Below, piece by piece: positions 29,492-38,815 of a DNA stretch of 64,000 nucleotides; the first letter of the stretch is position 1; the number at the start of each line of letters is the position of its first letter. Made by a program: the position numbers and the translations under genes. Under the pieces are notes generated by a model, which had not been told where the DNA came from, searched no databases, and saw nothing but the letters and a program-made list of their open reading frames with translations. Origin of the DNA: Bacilli bacterium (GTDB lineage Bacteria; Bacillota_I; Bacilli_A; RFN20; CAG-826); contig JAZQOV010000003.1 in NCBI GenBank assembly GCA_045628045.1, positions 57,495 to 121,494 of the forward strand, given 5' to 3'.

Positions 29492-31609
29492 TTATTTAGT
29501 GATTGTTATTTTTGTTGAACTATCACTATAAACATAGACAGTACCGTGACTATATTTGGTCTCTGTTTGTAATGCAGATCCATCAGGAAGTGTAATGGTA
29601 AAAACGCCAGAACCCGAAATGCTTAAAGTATATGAATTAATTCCGGAACCTTTTGTTGGTGTTTTCTCAGTTTTTCCAAAAGCAATAAAGGTACCACCAT
29701 TAATTGTCGCAGCTCCATCTGTGTCTAAACCTGTGGACATTCCACCGTTTGCACCTTTAGTGATAACAGTCCCACCAGTTTGTAAGAATGAACCATTTGA
29801 ATCAATGCCATCAACGTCTTGTCCATTTACTGTGACATCAAGAATTCCACCAGTTACTCTAATTTGTGGAGTTTGATTAATTTTCTCTGATGCATTTATT
29901 CCGTCATCTGTTGCATACACTTTAGTGTATCCACCATCAATATTAATGAAGTTTGCTTCTAAACCTTCATAGGCGTTTTTAACGTCTATAGTTCCATCGC
30001 TTATTGTTAAAGTGTTATCAGCATGAATGGCATCATCTGATGAATAAATTTCATATGTGCCACCACTAATTTTTATGTTGCCTACTCCAGTTGAACCATT
30101 TTCAAGAGCGGTTCCGTTATTTGCGTGAATTCCATCATCATAAGATTTAATGAAATATTTCCCTGCACTTAAGATAATTTCATTTTCAGCTTTAATTCCT
30201 TTTGCAGAGTAATCGGCTTTATCATTGTTCCCTTCACTCATTCCACCTGGGCCACCACCTGGACCACCTCCAGGTCCACCTTGTTGAGATGATTGATAAT
30301 TTGACCAGCCAGATGTTGTAATACTTGATGTAGAAGCTGAAACATTAACTGTGTCATACGAAGTGCTTAAAGTAGCAAAATTGCCCATCTTGCTTGTAGC
30401 ATTTTCTTCAGTCAAATCTGTCACACTGTTAGCGAATAAGCACAGCTTAAATGATGTGGCACCACTTGGTCTAGTAGCTTGATAATAGTAGTTTCTAGAG
30501 AAACCGCCTTGGCCACTAGTGACTGCGGTAGCTTTAGTCCAATATGTTTCATAATTAGAATTCAAATACTCAACTCCAAAGAAATAATTTCCAATATTGG
30601 AACTAGTTTTAATATAAAGTTTTGAATCGCTGGATTCGATAATATCGCTAGTATATTCAGAATATTTTGAAGTATAGATGTTAATAATTGGATCATCTCC
30701 ACCTTCTACTTTGCTAATTTCGATATTATATGACGCCTCAATTGCGTCTTTTGCGCTATATATGTCTAATTGTCCACCAGTGATTGAAATGGTTCCTCTT
30801 TGTTTGCCTTTTGAAGATACATCTGTGTTCTCTGTTTTCACTGCGTTTCCACCAGTAGAAATTAAAACCATATTTCCACTTTCAATTTCAATTGAGTCAT
30901 TTCCTTTTAAACAGTTATTGACTGCTTTGATTTGAACTGATGAATTGTTATTTACTTCTGGTTTAATTTTTAAATCATCTTTGGTGTGAATTCCGTTGTT
31001 GTAATTTCCAATCACAGCAAGAGATCCTTTACCGCTTAATTTTAAGTCACAATCACTAGTGATTGCACCATTACCTTGTGCGTCATTATCTTCGGTTTTA
31101 ATAGATCTAGTGTCATAAACAAAATTTTCAGTTCCTTTTTTAATTGAAACTTGTAATTCACTAGCATTTACACATTTTATTGGAGAATCAGTGTTTGATT
31201 TAATTGTAAAACCTTCTAATGAAATTTTTACTTCATCATCGTCTCCAGCATTGACTAATATGTTTCCTTCAAATTGTCCTTTGAATGAAAATTCTCCAGC
31301 GGCAGAAATAATAAAAACTTTATTAGTACTATCATAAGATATTCCGTCTTTTATTGTTGTGATTTCACCAATTTCAGAATCGGTAATCTCTACATCATCT
31401 ACATCATCATCAATTTTAATTTCAATTTCTGTGTCGCTTGTTTCGCTACCTATTCCTTGATCTTGATGAAATGATTCTTCATTGTTACCAAAATGACTTG
31501 AAAACCATTGATCAATCTTGGAAAACGGATTTAATGGGCTTTCATCTTTTAGACCACACGCTGTCAAAAGAAAAACTGGCATTAATAATAAAAATTTCTT
31601 TTTCCTCAT
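29492..31609 (-). CDS. Large surface lipoprotein with beta-helix-like repeats and a GGPGGGPGGGPGG linker
   Basis: Lipobox LLTACG. Repeated DDGIHA/DDAIHAD/DDGINAS and GG-T segments typical of parallel beta-helix surface proteins; 705 aa. Confidence 0.5.
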   Translation of the reverse strand: MRKKKFLLLMPVFLLTACGLKDESPLNPFSKIDQWFSSHFGNNEESFHQDQGIGSETSDTEIEIKIDDDVDDVEITDSEIGEITTIKDGISYDSTNKVFIISAAGEFSFKGQFEGNILVNAGDDDEVKISLEGFTIKSNTDSPIKCVNASELQVSIKKGTENFVYDTRSIKTEDNDAQGNGAITSDCDLKLSGKGSLAVIGNYNNGIHTKDDLKIKPEVNNNSSVQIKAVNNCLKGNDSIEIESGNMVLISTGGNAVKTENTDVSSKGKQRGTISITGGQLDIYSAKDAIEASYNIEISKVEGGDDPIINIYTSKYSEYTSDIIESSDSKLYIKTSSNIGNYFFGVEYLNSNYETYWTKATAVTSGQGGFSRNYYYQATRPSGATSFKLCLFANSVTDLTEENATSKMGNFATLSTSYDTVNVSASTSSITTSGWSNYQSSQQGGPGGGPGGGPGGMSEGNNDKADYSAKGIKAENEIILSAGKYFIKSYDDGIHANNGTALENGSTGVGNIKISGGTYEIYSSDDAIHADNTLTISDGTIDVKNAYEGLEANFINIDGGYTKVYATDDGINASEKINQTPQIRVTGGILDVTVNGQDVDGIDSNGSFLQTGGTVITKGANGGMSTGLDTDGAATINGGTFIAFGKTEKTPTKGSGINSYTLSISGSGVFTITLPDGSALQTETKYSHGTVYVYSDSSTKITITK

Positions 31610-32055
31610 TTTTTAATTCTCCCTATATTTTCTACAAGATACTCTATATATCTTTTCAAGAATGAAATAGATATATCTATTTCTTCTTTTTGAAATCGTT
31701 TAATATCCTCTTCCTCAAGCTTAATGATGTTGTCGTATTTCTCATCCCACACCTTAAGACCTAGTTCGGTTAATTCAATTCTTTTAACTCGTTTATCTTC
31801 TGGATCAACATTGAGTTTAATTAATCCTTGTTTTTTAAATTTTAGAACAACATTATGAACAACTTGTTTTACTTCGTTTGTAAATATGACTAATTGTTTT
31901 TGAGTAAGCTCACCATGTCCTAAGAAAATAAGGTGCATTACTTTAAACTCAAAAGGATTCACTCCAAAAATCTTTGCTGCTTCAGTGTATACAGCATTTA
32001 GTGAATAGTAGGTTTTCTTTAATTCAATTAGTTCTTTTTTCATAAAATTAGTCAA
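31606..32055 (-). CDS. MarR-family transcriptional regulator
   Basis: 149 aa with a winged HTH (LTQKQLVIFTNEV...DPEDKRVKRIELTELG). Confidence 0.65.
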   Translation of the reverse strand: MTNFMKKELIELKKTYYSLNAVYTEAAKIFGVNPFEFKVMHLIFLGHGELTQKQLVIFTNEVKQVVHNVVLKFKKQGLIKLNVDPEDKRVKRIELTELGLKVWDEKYDNIIKLEEEDIKRFQKEEIDISISFLKRYIEYLVENIGRIKK

Positions 32056-32204
32056 TATTCTTTACTAATTTAGAATATACAAAATCTAATTTTTTGCAAT
32101 TATTTATTTAAATTTTGTTTATATATATCAATTAAATTGATATAAAATAATTATCAAATACCAAACCTAATGCAATTATAAACTGCATTGATTTCACATT
32201 AAAT

Positions 32205-32897
32205 TTACCTTTTCTGTTTATTTCTTCTTTTTCTAAGAAACACGAATAAGAAAGCACCACAAGTTACAACGGCTACACCACTTACTACACTTATAATAAT
32301 GATTGAACCATCACTAATAAATGCCCCTACATTATTTGATTTATCACCGTAATAACGGATTGTAATTGATTTAATACATTTATCAAAACCACCATTGCCA
32401 AATACTACAAAGCAAGGATTACTAATAGATGCATTTTCATCCTCTACAAAGTTTTGATTAGGATCATTAAAAAACAGGACTCCAGACTTGTCATTTAAAG
32501 TATAAGAAATGGTTACATATGAATCGTTAAATCTCTCAGCATAAATAGAATAAATATTGTTCAAAGTTAAATTTAAGCTATAACCCCAATCTGTTTCATT
32601 TGCAAAAGAAATATATTCTGGCGTTGTTGCAATTAAACAACTAGAAGTGCACTTAAACGGAATTTTTTGGCCTACATCATCAAAAATAAATCCTTTATAA
32701 ATAGGTTTTTCATTCGGGAAATGATTATGCTCATAGTCGAAAATAATAGTCCTTAATTTGCTCTCATCAATTTTTCCGTCAGCCGAAGCTGGTAAAGGTT
32801 TTAAATTTCCTAAAAATGCTAGACCACCCACTAATGCTAGTGACGCAAAACATATTGCTAATTTTTTGAATATATTTTTCATTTTCATGCCTCGCAT
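32205..32897 (-). CDS. Secreted/surface protein with a C-terminal TM anchor and basic tail
   Basis: N-terminal signal peptide, and a C-terminal IIIISVVSGVAVVTCGAFLFVFL + RKRRNKQKR. Confidence 0.4.
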   Translation of the reverse strand: MRGMKMKNIFKKLAICFASLALVGGLAFLGNLKPLPASADGKIDESKLRTIIFDYEHNHFPNEKPIYKGFIFDDVGQKIPFKCTSSCLIATTPEYISFANETDWGYSLNLTLNNIYSIYAERFNDSYVTISYTLNDKSGVLFFNDPNQNFVEDENASISNPCFVVFGNGGFDKCIKSITIRYYGDKSNNVGAFISDGSIIIISVVSGVAVVTCGAFLFVFLRKRRNKQKR

Positions 32898-33535
32898 TTA
32901 GCATTATTATCGTTTTTACATATTCTTTTTATTAAGAACATGAATGGAACAAACACTAATGAAGGTAATAAGAAAGCAATAACATAGTGATTGCACACTG
33001 CAAAGTAGTTATAAATTGAATGATATATTATAGCGACAGCCACAAGACCAACAGAGCCCGAAACAAAAAGTTTCTTTCTGTTTAAGATGAATGATAAGCC
33101 AAAACCAACCGCCAGAGTGGTAATAACATGCATCATTCCTGAACCGAACGCTCTTAATATTGCGGTAATTACATCAATTTGTTCAGCACGAGATGCAATA
33201 ACAAATGCGTTTTCTAATATTGCAAAACCAACACCGATTGCAATTGATCGCTCAATTAAATCTTGTCTTGAAGGATGCATAACGAATGTACAAATAAAAA
33301 TAGGTATAATTTTAAGTATTTCCTCAATTATTGGAGAAAATGTTGTGACATATGTTGCTTGTGAATATTTTGTATTCTTAAAAATAATTCCATTAATTTC
33401 ACCACATAATAATGCAACAGTTAATCCAATAATAACAAAGCAAACGAGTGATTTTGTCTTACTCTTGGTCATTATAAGTACAATAAGTAAAGGGACTGTA
33501 ATACTTAAATACAAAAACAGATTTAAAAATTCCAT
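32885..33535 (-). CDS. PrsW/CPBP-like intramembrane protease family membrane protein
   Basis: EExxK (IIEEILK) and FAILEN motifs, conserved His in TM helices. The start is taken at an internal Met (MEFLNL...) to avoid overlapping the upstream gene. Confidence 0.45.
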   Translation of the reverse strand: MEFLNLFLYLSITVPLLIVLIMTKSKTKSLVCFVIIGLTVALLCGEINGIIFKNTKYSQATYVTTFSPIIEEILKIIPIFICTFVMHPSRQDLIERSIAIGVGFAILENAFVIASRAEQIDVITAILRAFGSGMMHVITTLAVGFGLSFILNRKKLFVSGSVGLVAVAIIYHSIYNYFAVCNHYVIAFLLPSLVFVPFMFLIKRICKNDNNAKCEA

Positions 33536-34167
33536 TTTTTTGCTCCCTTTGCGCTTGTATAAGATAGACCTAAAATTATAAGTGCGATTAGTAAATCGCC
33601 CACACCAGATAAGATTCCAGTCTTTAACCAACTTAAAATATCTAAATTAACAAAAACACAATAAAGTAAAATGAAAATATCATTCAACAATAAACCATTT
33701 TTTAGGCCAAGTTCATCATTTTGAGACAATAAGCGTTTAACAACAAAATATACTACAAAAGCTAGTGGAATTTGAATCGCAACAAAAAGATAAAATACAA
33801 AATTTGTAGGCTTAAAACAAAAGAAACCAACAACAAAAGAAATGCCGAATTGAAGTAAACCAGATATTGCACTAATTATGATGTATTTAGTTTTTGGCTT
33901 ATCAAATAACTTCTCTAAAGCGCCCCTATTTGCGCAAAATAAGAAAATGTTGCAACCAAGCAATCCAAAGAAACTTGTATTGAAATAAATCTCATTAATA
34001 TTGCAACAAGACATTACGATACCTGTTAAATAAAAAAGTAAAAAACATCCAATTGCACAAACAATAATTTGAAAATACAGAGGCTTTCCTTTTCTCCAAA
34101 GTGTTATGACACCAAAAATAAAGGAGATTAATAATATTGAAAGTGTAGCAATCTTAAAACCAATCAT
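33523..34167 (-). CDS. Hypothetical polytopic membrane protein
   Basis: 214 aa with 6 hydrophobic segments. Confidence 0.4.
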   Translation of the reverse strand: MIGFKIATLSILLISFIFGVITLWRKGKPLYFQIIVCAIGCFLLFYLTGIVMSCCNINEIYFNTSFFGLLGCNIFLFCANRGALEKLFDKPKTKYIIISAISGLLQFGISFVVGFFCFKPTNFVFYLFVAIQIPLAFVVYFVVKRLLSQNDELGLKNGLLLNDIFILLYCVFVNLDILSWLKTGILSGVGDLLIALIILGLSYTSAKGAKKWNF

Positions 34168-34187
34168 TTTTAATGTCAGAACTAAGA

Positions 34188-35615
34188 TTAATTCTCAGCT
34201 CGATTACTAGCTCCTTTTCTTTTCTTAAAATATAAAATCATAAATCCAACCGTTGTTACAAGGAATACTCCTGCAGTGACGGAGAGCAAAATAATAAGCG
34301 AACCGCTTGACATAAGGGTTCCGTTTCCGTCAGAAGGCGTATTATTGTAAAAGGTACAATCTTTTGTAAATGTAAAATCATCACTTGAAGCATAGACAAG
34401 ATAGTATGCGCCGCCTTCTTTTGATGCTTTGCAATCATGTATTTCTAAACACCATAAAGATTGATTTCTATCATTTCCATATACGCCACCGCCGTATTCT
34501 GCAGAACAATTAAATATTGTTATGTGGTCTAAATCGTTATTAAATCCAGAAGCGTAAATGCCACCACCATATCTACCAGCTTCACAACCCGAGATTTCTA
34601 AAAATGAAGACAAACTTCCATACAAACTTCCTTGCTCACAATCGCTATAAATAGCACCACCATCAAATTTGGCAGTACAATCCTTAATTGATGTTTTGTC
34701 AAAAGAGCATCTTTGAAATGCATATTGACTTCTTTGATAATCGTAAGCCAAGTTATCTTCTATATAAATAGCACCACCATAATATGCTGAACAACCTTCA
34801 AAAGTTGATCCTTTTACAGTAAGAATTGGATTGTTACCACCATGAATGATATCTTCAAGATAAACCGCGCCACCATAATATGATTGACAATCATTAAATG
34901 TGCACCCAGTTAAAGATATGGTGTTGATTTTTTCCATGCAAATTGCACCACCATATCCTGTCGAACAACAATTTTCGAATTTACAATTTACAAAACTTGC
35001 ATCATGACAACCGTCACCCATTGCAAATATTGGGTAAGATAAATTAGTTTTGAAACCAAGAATTGTGGTGTTATACACGTCTAATCTACCGGTATCAACC
35101 CAAATTGAACAATTGTATTCATCGCCTGAACGTGAAGTTTTAATTGTTCCACCGTCGCCATTAATGGTAAGACTATAATCTAATTTCCAATAGTCGCCGT
35201 GATTTATTTCTAAGGTTTTTCCGTGTAAATTGATTGTTATCGGCATAGGTAAATTATTACAAAGTTTCAAACTTCTGATGACATAGTCTTTTTCAAGATC
35301 AATAATACACTTTAACGAGGTTTTTTCACTCCAATAACTATAATAATTTGAATGCATTTCTTGAAAGGTATAATCCATGTTTTTATCTTTGAGTTCATAA
35401 ATCATGTCTTCACCTTCATATACTCTAACTACTAATCCACTAACATCTAAGTGTGGAATATCTTTAGAAATCCCAATTGTTCTAACTGGCATTTCAGATT
35501 CAGTGTCAGCATGTACAGGAGCTATTTTATTAGAACTTCTTATGCATAAATTTGTGCCAACAACCATAAACGTGCAAAATAAACCAACTAAAATTGTTTT
35601 TGTTATTTTTCTCAT
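34188..35615 (-). CDS. Surface protein with chlamydial Pmp-like repeats (GGAIY/FxxC) and a C-terminal TM anchor
   Basis: Signal peptide, 6 or more repeats of C...YGGAIY and FxxC/FxxN, then a C-terminal TM followed by KKRKGASNRAEN. RBS GAGGT. Confidence 0.55.
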   Translation of the reverse strand: MRKITKTILVGLFCTFMVVGTNLCIRSSNKIAPVHADTESEMPVRTIGISKDIPHLDVSGLVVRVYEGEDMIYELKDKNMDYTFQEMHSNYYSYWSEKTSLKCIIDLEKDYVIRSLKLCNNLPMPITINLHGKTLEINHGDYWKLDYSLTINGDGGTIKTSRSGDEYNCSIWVDTGRLDVYNTTILGFKTNLSYPIFAMGDGCHDASFVNCKFENCCSTGYGGAICMEKINTISLTGCTFNDCQSYYGGAVYLEDIIHGGNNPILTVKGSTFEGCSAYYGGAIYIEDNLAYDYQRSQYAFQRCSFDKTSIKDCTAKFDGGAIYSDCEQGSLYGSLSSFLEISGCEAGRYGGGIYASGFNNDLDHITIFNCSAEYGGGVYGNDRNQSLWCLEIHDCKASKEGGAYYLVYASSDDFTFTKDCTFYNNTPSDGNGTLMSSGSLIILLSVTAGVFLVTTVGFMILYFKKRKGASNRAEN

Positions 35616-35823
35616 TTTAAATTTAACCTCGAAATTTACGTTATTTTATTTTATAGTATTTTATACTAAAAGTACAATAGATTTGTAACCCTCATGCTCG
35701 TTATATCGTAAAAGAAATTAAACGTCAAAAATCTATAGAAAAATAGAATTTTCTTGGCCAAATTTCAGAGAAGACATCGAGTATATTTCTTCTCGTTACG
35801 ACGGTTAACCATCAGTTCTTCCT

Positions 35824-35968
35824 GGAGGTTCGCTAGGTTCAAGCCTCTAAACCAAACAAAAAGACACCAAAAGGTGTCTGTTATTGTCTTGTCTTGCTGC
35901 AACAAAGTTAATATTTTTTATAACAAGTGCAACGAAGTTAATAGATTGAACGCGACGAAGTTAATATA
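35824..35968. repeat. Intergenic module copy A: tRNA-3'-half-like segment, terminator hairpin, CTTGTCTTG, then triple direct repeat GCAAC(G/A)AAGTTAATA at spacings 30 and 24
   Basis: About 85% identical over roughly 90 nt to copy B at 38563. The hairpin GACACC-AAAA-GGTGTC carries compensatory changes relative to B. Repeats lie at 35899, 35929 and 35954. Confidence 0.6.
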
Positions 35969-36473
35969 TTCTTTCCAATATTGGAGTAACTTCAATTATA
36001 TTTTTACTTTTATCAAGATGGTTTTTGTCCAAAACTGTCTTTGGTCTAACGCAGTATTTAGCATCAATAAAACCAATAGTACATTCTCCATTAGTAGTTG
36101 CAATAGTACATGAGACTTTGCCTTTTTCAAATTTTTCTTGGAATAATAATTTTTGTTCAAATACTGAATCAAAATTAACAAGATGTTTGAGCTTTTGCCT
36201 AACAAAACCTTTTATTTCTTTTGATGAATCACAATCAAAATCGTCTTCCGCAATAGACTCATTAACACATCTATCAAAAAACTCTTCAGCACTTAAATTA
36301 GTTTTTACACCAGTTAGATGTAGAAAATTAGTCTTATAAAATCTCAAAATATATTTGTCAGAAACAACAAAAAGATTTGAAGAAACAGTTATTTTTACAT
36401 TTAATAATTTTGAATAACTTTTTGCTGCATCAACTAGTTGATTTCTTGTTCTTGTTTTAAATGAGATCTGCAT
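35961..36473 (-). CDS. Hypothetical protein (170 aa from ATG 36473)
   Basis: ORF with no recognised motif (contains FLHLTGV). It is flanked by the repeat modules. The upstream track Met would read through the GC-rich element. Confidence 0.35.
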   Translation of the reverse strand: MQISFKTRTRNQLVDAAKSYSKLLNVKITVSSNLFVVSDKYILRFYKTNFLHLTGVKTNLSAEEFFDRCVNESIAEDDFDCDSSKEIKGFVRQKLKHLVNFDSVFEQKLLFQEKFEKGKVSCTIATTNGECTIGFIDAKYCVRPKTVLDKNHLDKSKNIIEVTPILERIY

Positions 36474-36603
36474 AAGTAATAAAAAAAGCGTTTTAAGGTG
36501 CGCCACCACGACTTGGACAGGTTTAAGGTCTCTGGCCCGACGAATTGGGTGGTCTTTTTATGTCTCCCATCCCTCTTGACACTTAGATTATAACAAAGTA
36601 ATA

Positions 36604-36714
36604 AAAAAGATGCAATTAAATGCATCTCAAATTTTCTTGTCTTATTGCAACGAAGTTAATATTTCAAATCTTCACTGCAACGAAGTTAATAGTCGCTAGC
36701 AACGAAGTTAACAT
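36604..36714. repeat. Intergenic module copy M: hairpin GATGCA-ATTAAA-TGCATC, then triple direct repeat GCAACGAAGTTAA(T/C)A at spacings 30 and 22
   Basis: Same three-repeat architecture as copies A and B, with repeats at 36647, 36677 and 36699, but no tRNA-like segment. Confidence 0.55.
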
Positions 36715-36962
36715 ATGTTTTTCGCGCTTTTCGACACTAAAATGATAACTTTTATAATTTAATGTTTCAACAACCAATTATCATAATTTCATTGTATTAA
36801 TATGTCTTGTTGTAACAAAATTAACACAATCAATTTAAATTTTTAAAAAAATAAAACTGTTATGATTACTTGTCTCATCTTTATCGCAATAATGATTTTT
36901 TAACCAAAACGAACGGACATGATAACTTTATCTGAACAACAATCTTATATCACAGATTTTCA

Positions 36963-36992
36963 ATAAAAAAGCAGGACTATAAGTCCTGCTAA
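36963..36992 (-). terminator. Rho-independent terminator after the antiporter gene
   Basis: AGCAGGACT-ATA-AGTCCTGCT hairpin with TTTTTT on the minus strand. Confidence 0.7.
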
Positions 36993-37016
36993 ATACATCA
37001 AACATCTATTGTGATA

Positions 37017-38276
37017 TTAAACACCATTATCAACGTTTGATATGCATGGATTAAGCAGCCTCTTGTAGCTCAAATTCATAACAAGAGAACTTAATGGCGC
37101 AGTTATTAAAATAGATAAAGCAGAAACAGAAAGCACTATAATACCTGCAGCAATAACAGCTTCTGCTCTAGAATTACCATTAGCAAGCATTTGATTTCCT
37201 AAATCTAATAGTCCACCACCAATCGAGGCTTGAACTGTGGCTTTTGGCAAATAAGAAATAGTGACAAAAGACCTCTCTTTAAAGTTTAAATCAGTTTTAA
37301 TTAAGCATCCTTGAACCATTAGTGATCTTGCGGTTAATGAGATTGCTAAGATTACTAGAGCCGGCAAAATGTAAGTTGGAACGTATTCTAATCTAATTGA
37401 AGCTCCAACTAAGAAAAATAGGAACATCTCAGCAGGAATCCATACTTTAGAAGCTTTAGCACTTAATGCTGTAGCCTTTTCTTTTCTAAACATTCTAATT
37501 ACGATACACATAGAGATTGTTGCAAGTAAAGATGAGAAGCCTACATAAGGACTAATTACTTCTTCTAAAGCTACAAAGCCTATACCTATAGCGATTATTA
37601 AGAGTAATTTCATTGAATCTCTCATGTGCACCTTTCCAAAAATAAGCTTTAATAAGAAGCCAAAACCTACACCAATTGCAACACCAATAACGATAGATAA
37701 CAAAATGTTTACAAAAGCCATGGCGTTTACATTACCGCCAGCTTCAATACTTATAAAAGTCTGATAAAAGACAATCATTACGATGTCATCAATGCTACTA
37801 CCAGCTAAAACTAATTGAGGAATACCCTTCTTAGTTCCAACTTTTTCATCCATTAGTCTTGTCATCATTGGAATTACTACTGCAGGAGACACTGCACCAA
37901 GTACTGAACCAAGTAAAAAGGACTCAACATATGTTAAATCAAAGAATAAAGGGGCAACTAAGCCTACAACAATCATTTCAACTACTGCAGGCATAAAAGA
38001 CATCATAATAGCAGGCCTTCCTACTTTCTTTAAGTCTGCTATATCAAGCGATAAACCAGCTTTAACTAAAATAATAATTAAAGCAATTTTCCTTAAGTAA
38101 GGTGAAATTGCAGCAAGATTAGGATCAAATGCTCCTATTGCATTAATCAAAATGCCTAATAAAAGGTAACCAATTAATGCTGGAACCTTAATCTTATTAA
38201 GTAATAGGAAAATTATTGCTCCACCACCTAGAATGATTAATAAGTCTAGAAAGAATAACATTTTGATACCTCCCAA
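37017..38276 (-). CDS. Cation:proton antiporter (Na+/H+ exchanger family)
   Basis: 419 aa, about 11-12 TM segments, CPA-type conserved segments. GGGAGG RBS 7 nt upstream. Confidence 0.75.
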   Translation of the reverse strand: MGGIKMLFFLDLLIILGGGAIIFLLLNKIKVPALIGYLLLGILINAIGAFDPNLAAISPYLRKIALIIILVKAGLSLDIADLKKVGRPAIMMSFMPAVVEMIVVGLVAPLFFDLTYVESFLLGSVLGAVSPAVVIPMMTRLMDEKVGTKKGIPQLVLAGSSIDDIVMIVFYQTFISIEAGGNVNAMAFVNILLSIVIGVAIGVGFGFLLKLIFGKVHMRDSMKLLLIIAIGIGFVALEEVISPYVGFSSLLATISMCIVIRMFRKEKATALSAKASKVWIPAEMFLFFLVGASIRLEYVPTYILPALVILAISLTARSLMVQGCLIKTDLNFKERSFVTISYLPKATVQASIGGGLLDLGNQMLANGNSRAEAVIAAGIIVLSVSALSILITAPLSSLVMNLSYKRLLNPCISNVDNGV

Positions 38277-38562
38277 AGTAAATAAAAACTGATGTATCTA
38301 AAACAATGTCTAGATATCATCAGCATCAAATGCGGTTTGATTTAATCAGGGAGATATCATTCCCGAGATGTATGTATCATAACAAATTTATTTTAAAAAA
38401 CAAGAACTTGTCTCTCTTCCTGAACTTGTTTCTCTTCCTTGCCTATTGAAATTCAATAGCTTTACTTTTCAGAATTCCGTACAATAAAAGCCGGCTCATT
38501 AACTAGTGATTGCTTCTACTTTGTTACGAATCAATTGGGATTAGTTAATGAGTTTTTATTAT

Positions 38563-38704
38563 GGAAGGTCGCTAGTTCAGCCTCTAAGCCAAACAAAAAG
38601 GACACATAGTGTCCTGTTATTGTCTTGTCTTGCTGCAACAAAGTTGATAGTTTTTAAAGTCATCGCAACGAAATTGATAGTTACAAAAGCAACAAAGTTG
38701 ATAG
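38563..38704. repeat. Intergenic module copy B: tRNA-3'-half-like segment, terminator hairpin GGACAC-ATAGT-GTCC, CTTGTCTTG, then triple direct repeat GCAAC(A/G)AA(G/A)TTGATAG at spacings 30 and 24
   Basis: Homologous to copy A, with repeats at 38635, 38665 and 38689. It lies about 80 bp from the tRNA-3' direct repeat R2. Confidence 0.6.
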
Positions 38705-38786
38705 TCATGTTTTTGTAACTTTTTATTTTATATATAAGATATTGAATTTTTACAATAAAATTCGTCTATCCTGCCCTCATCAAAGG

Positions 38787-38810
38787 GTGCGGAGGTAGGA
38801 TTTGAATTTC
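38787..38810 (-). repeat. Direct repeat R2 of the tRNA(CAU) 3' end (att-like core copy)
   Basis: The minus strand reads TTCAAATCCTACCTCCGCAC. That matches the T-loop and acceptor 3' strand of the tRNA at 42930-43007 with a single G to A difference. Confidence 0.6.
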
Positions 38811-38815
38811 TTCAT

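Noticed and set aside
35899-38704. CRISPR array interpretation of the triple direct repeats
   Set aside because: There are only three repeats per locus, spacer lengths are unequal (14/8 nt), there are no cas genes, and the repeats are imperfect. They are better explained as protein-binding direct repeats.
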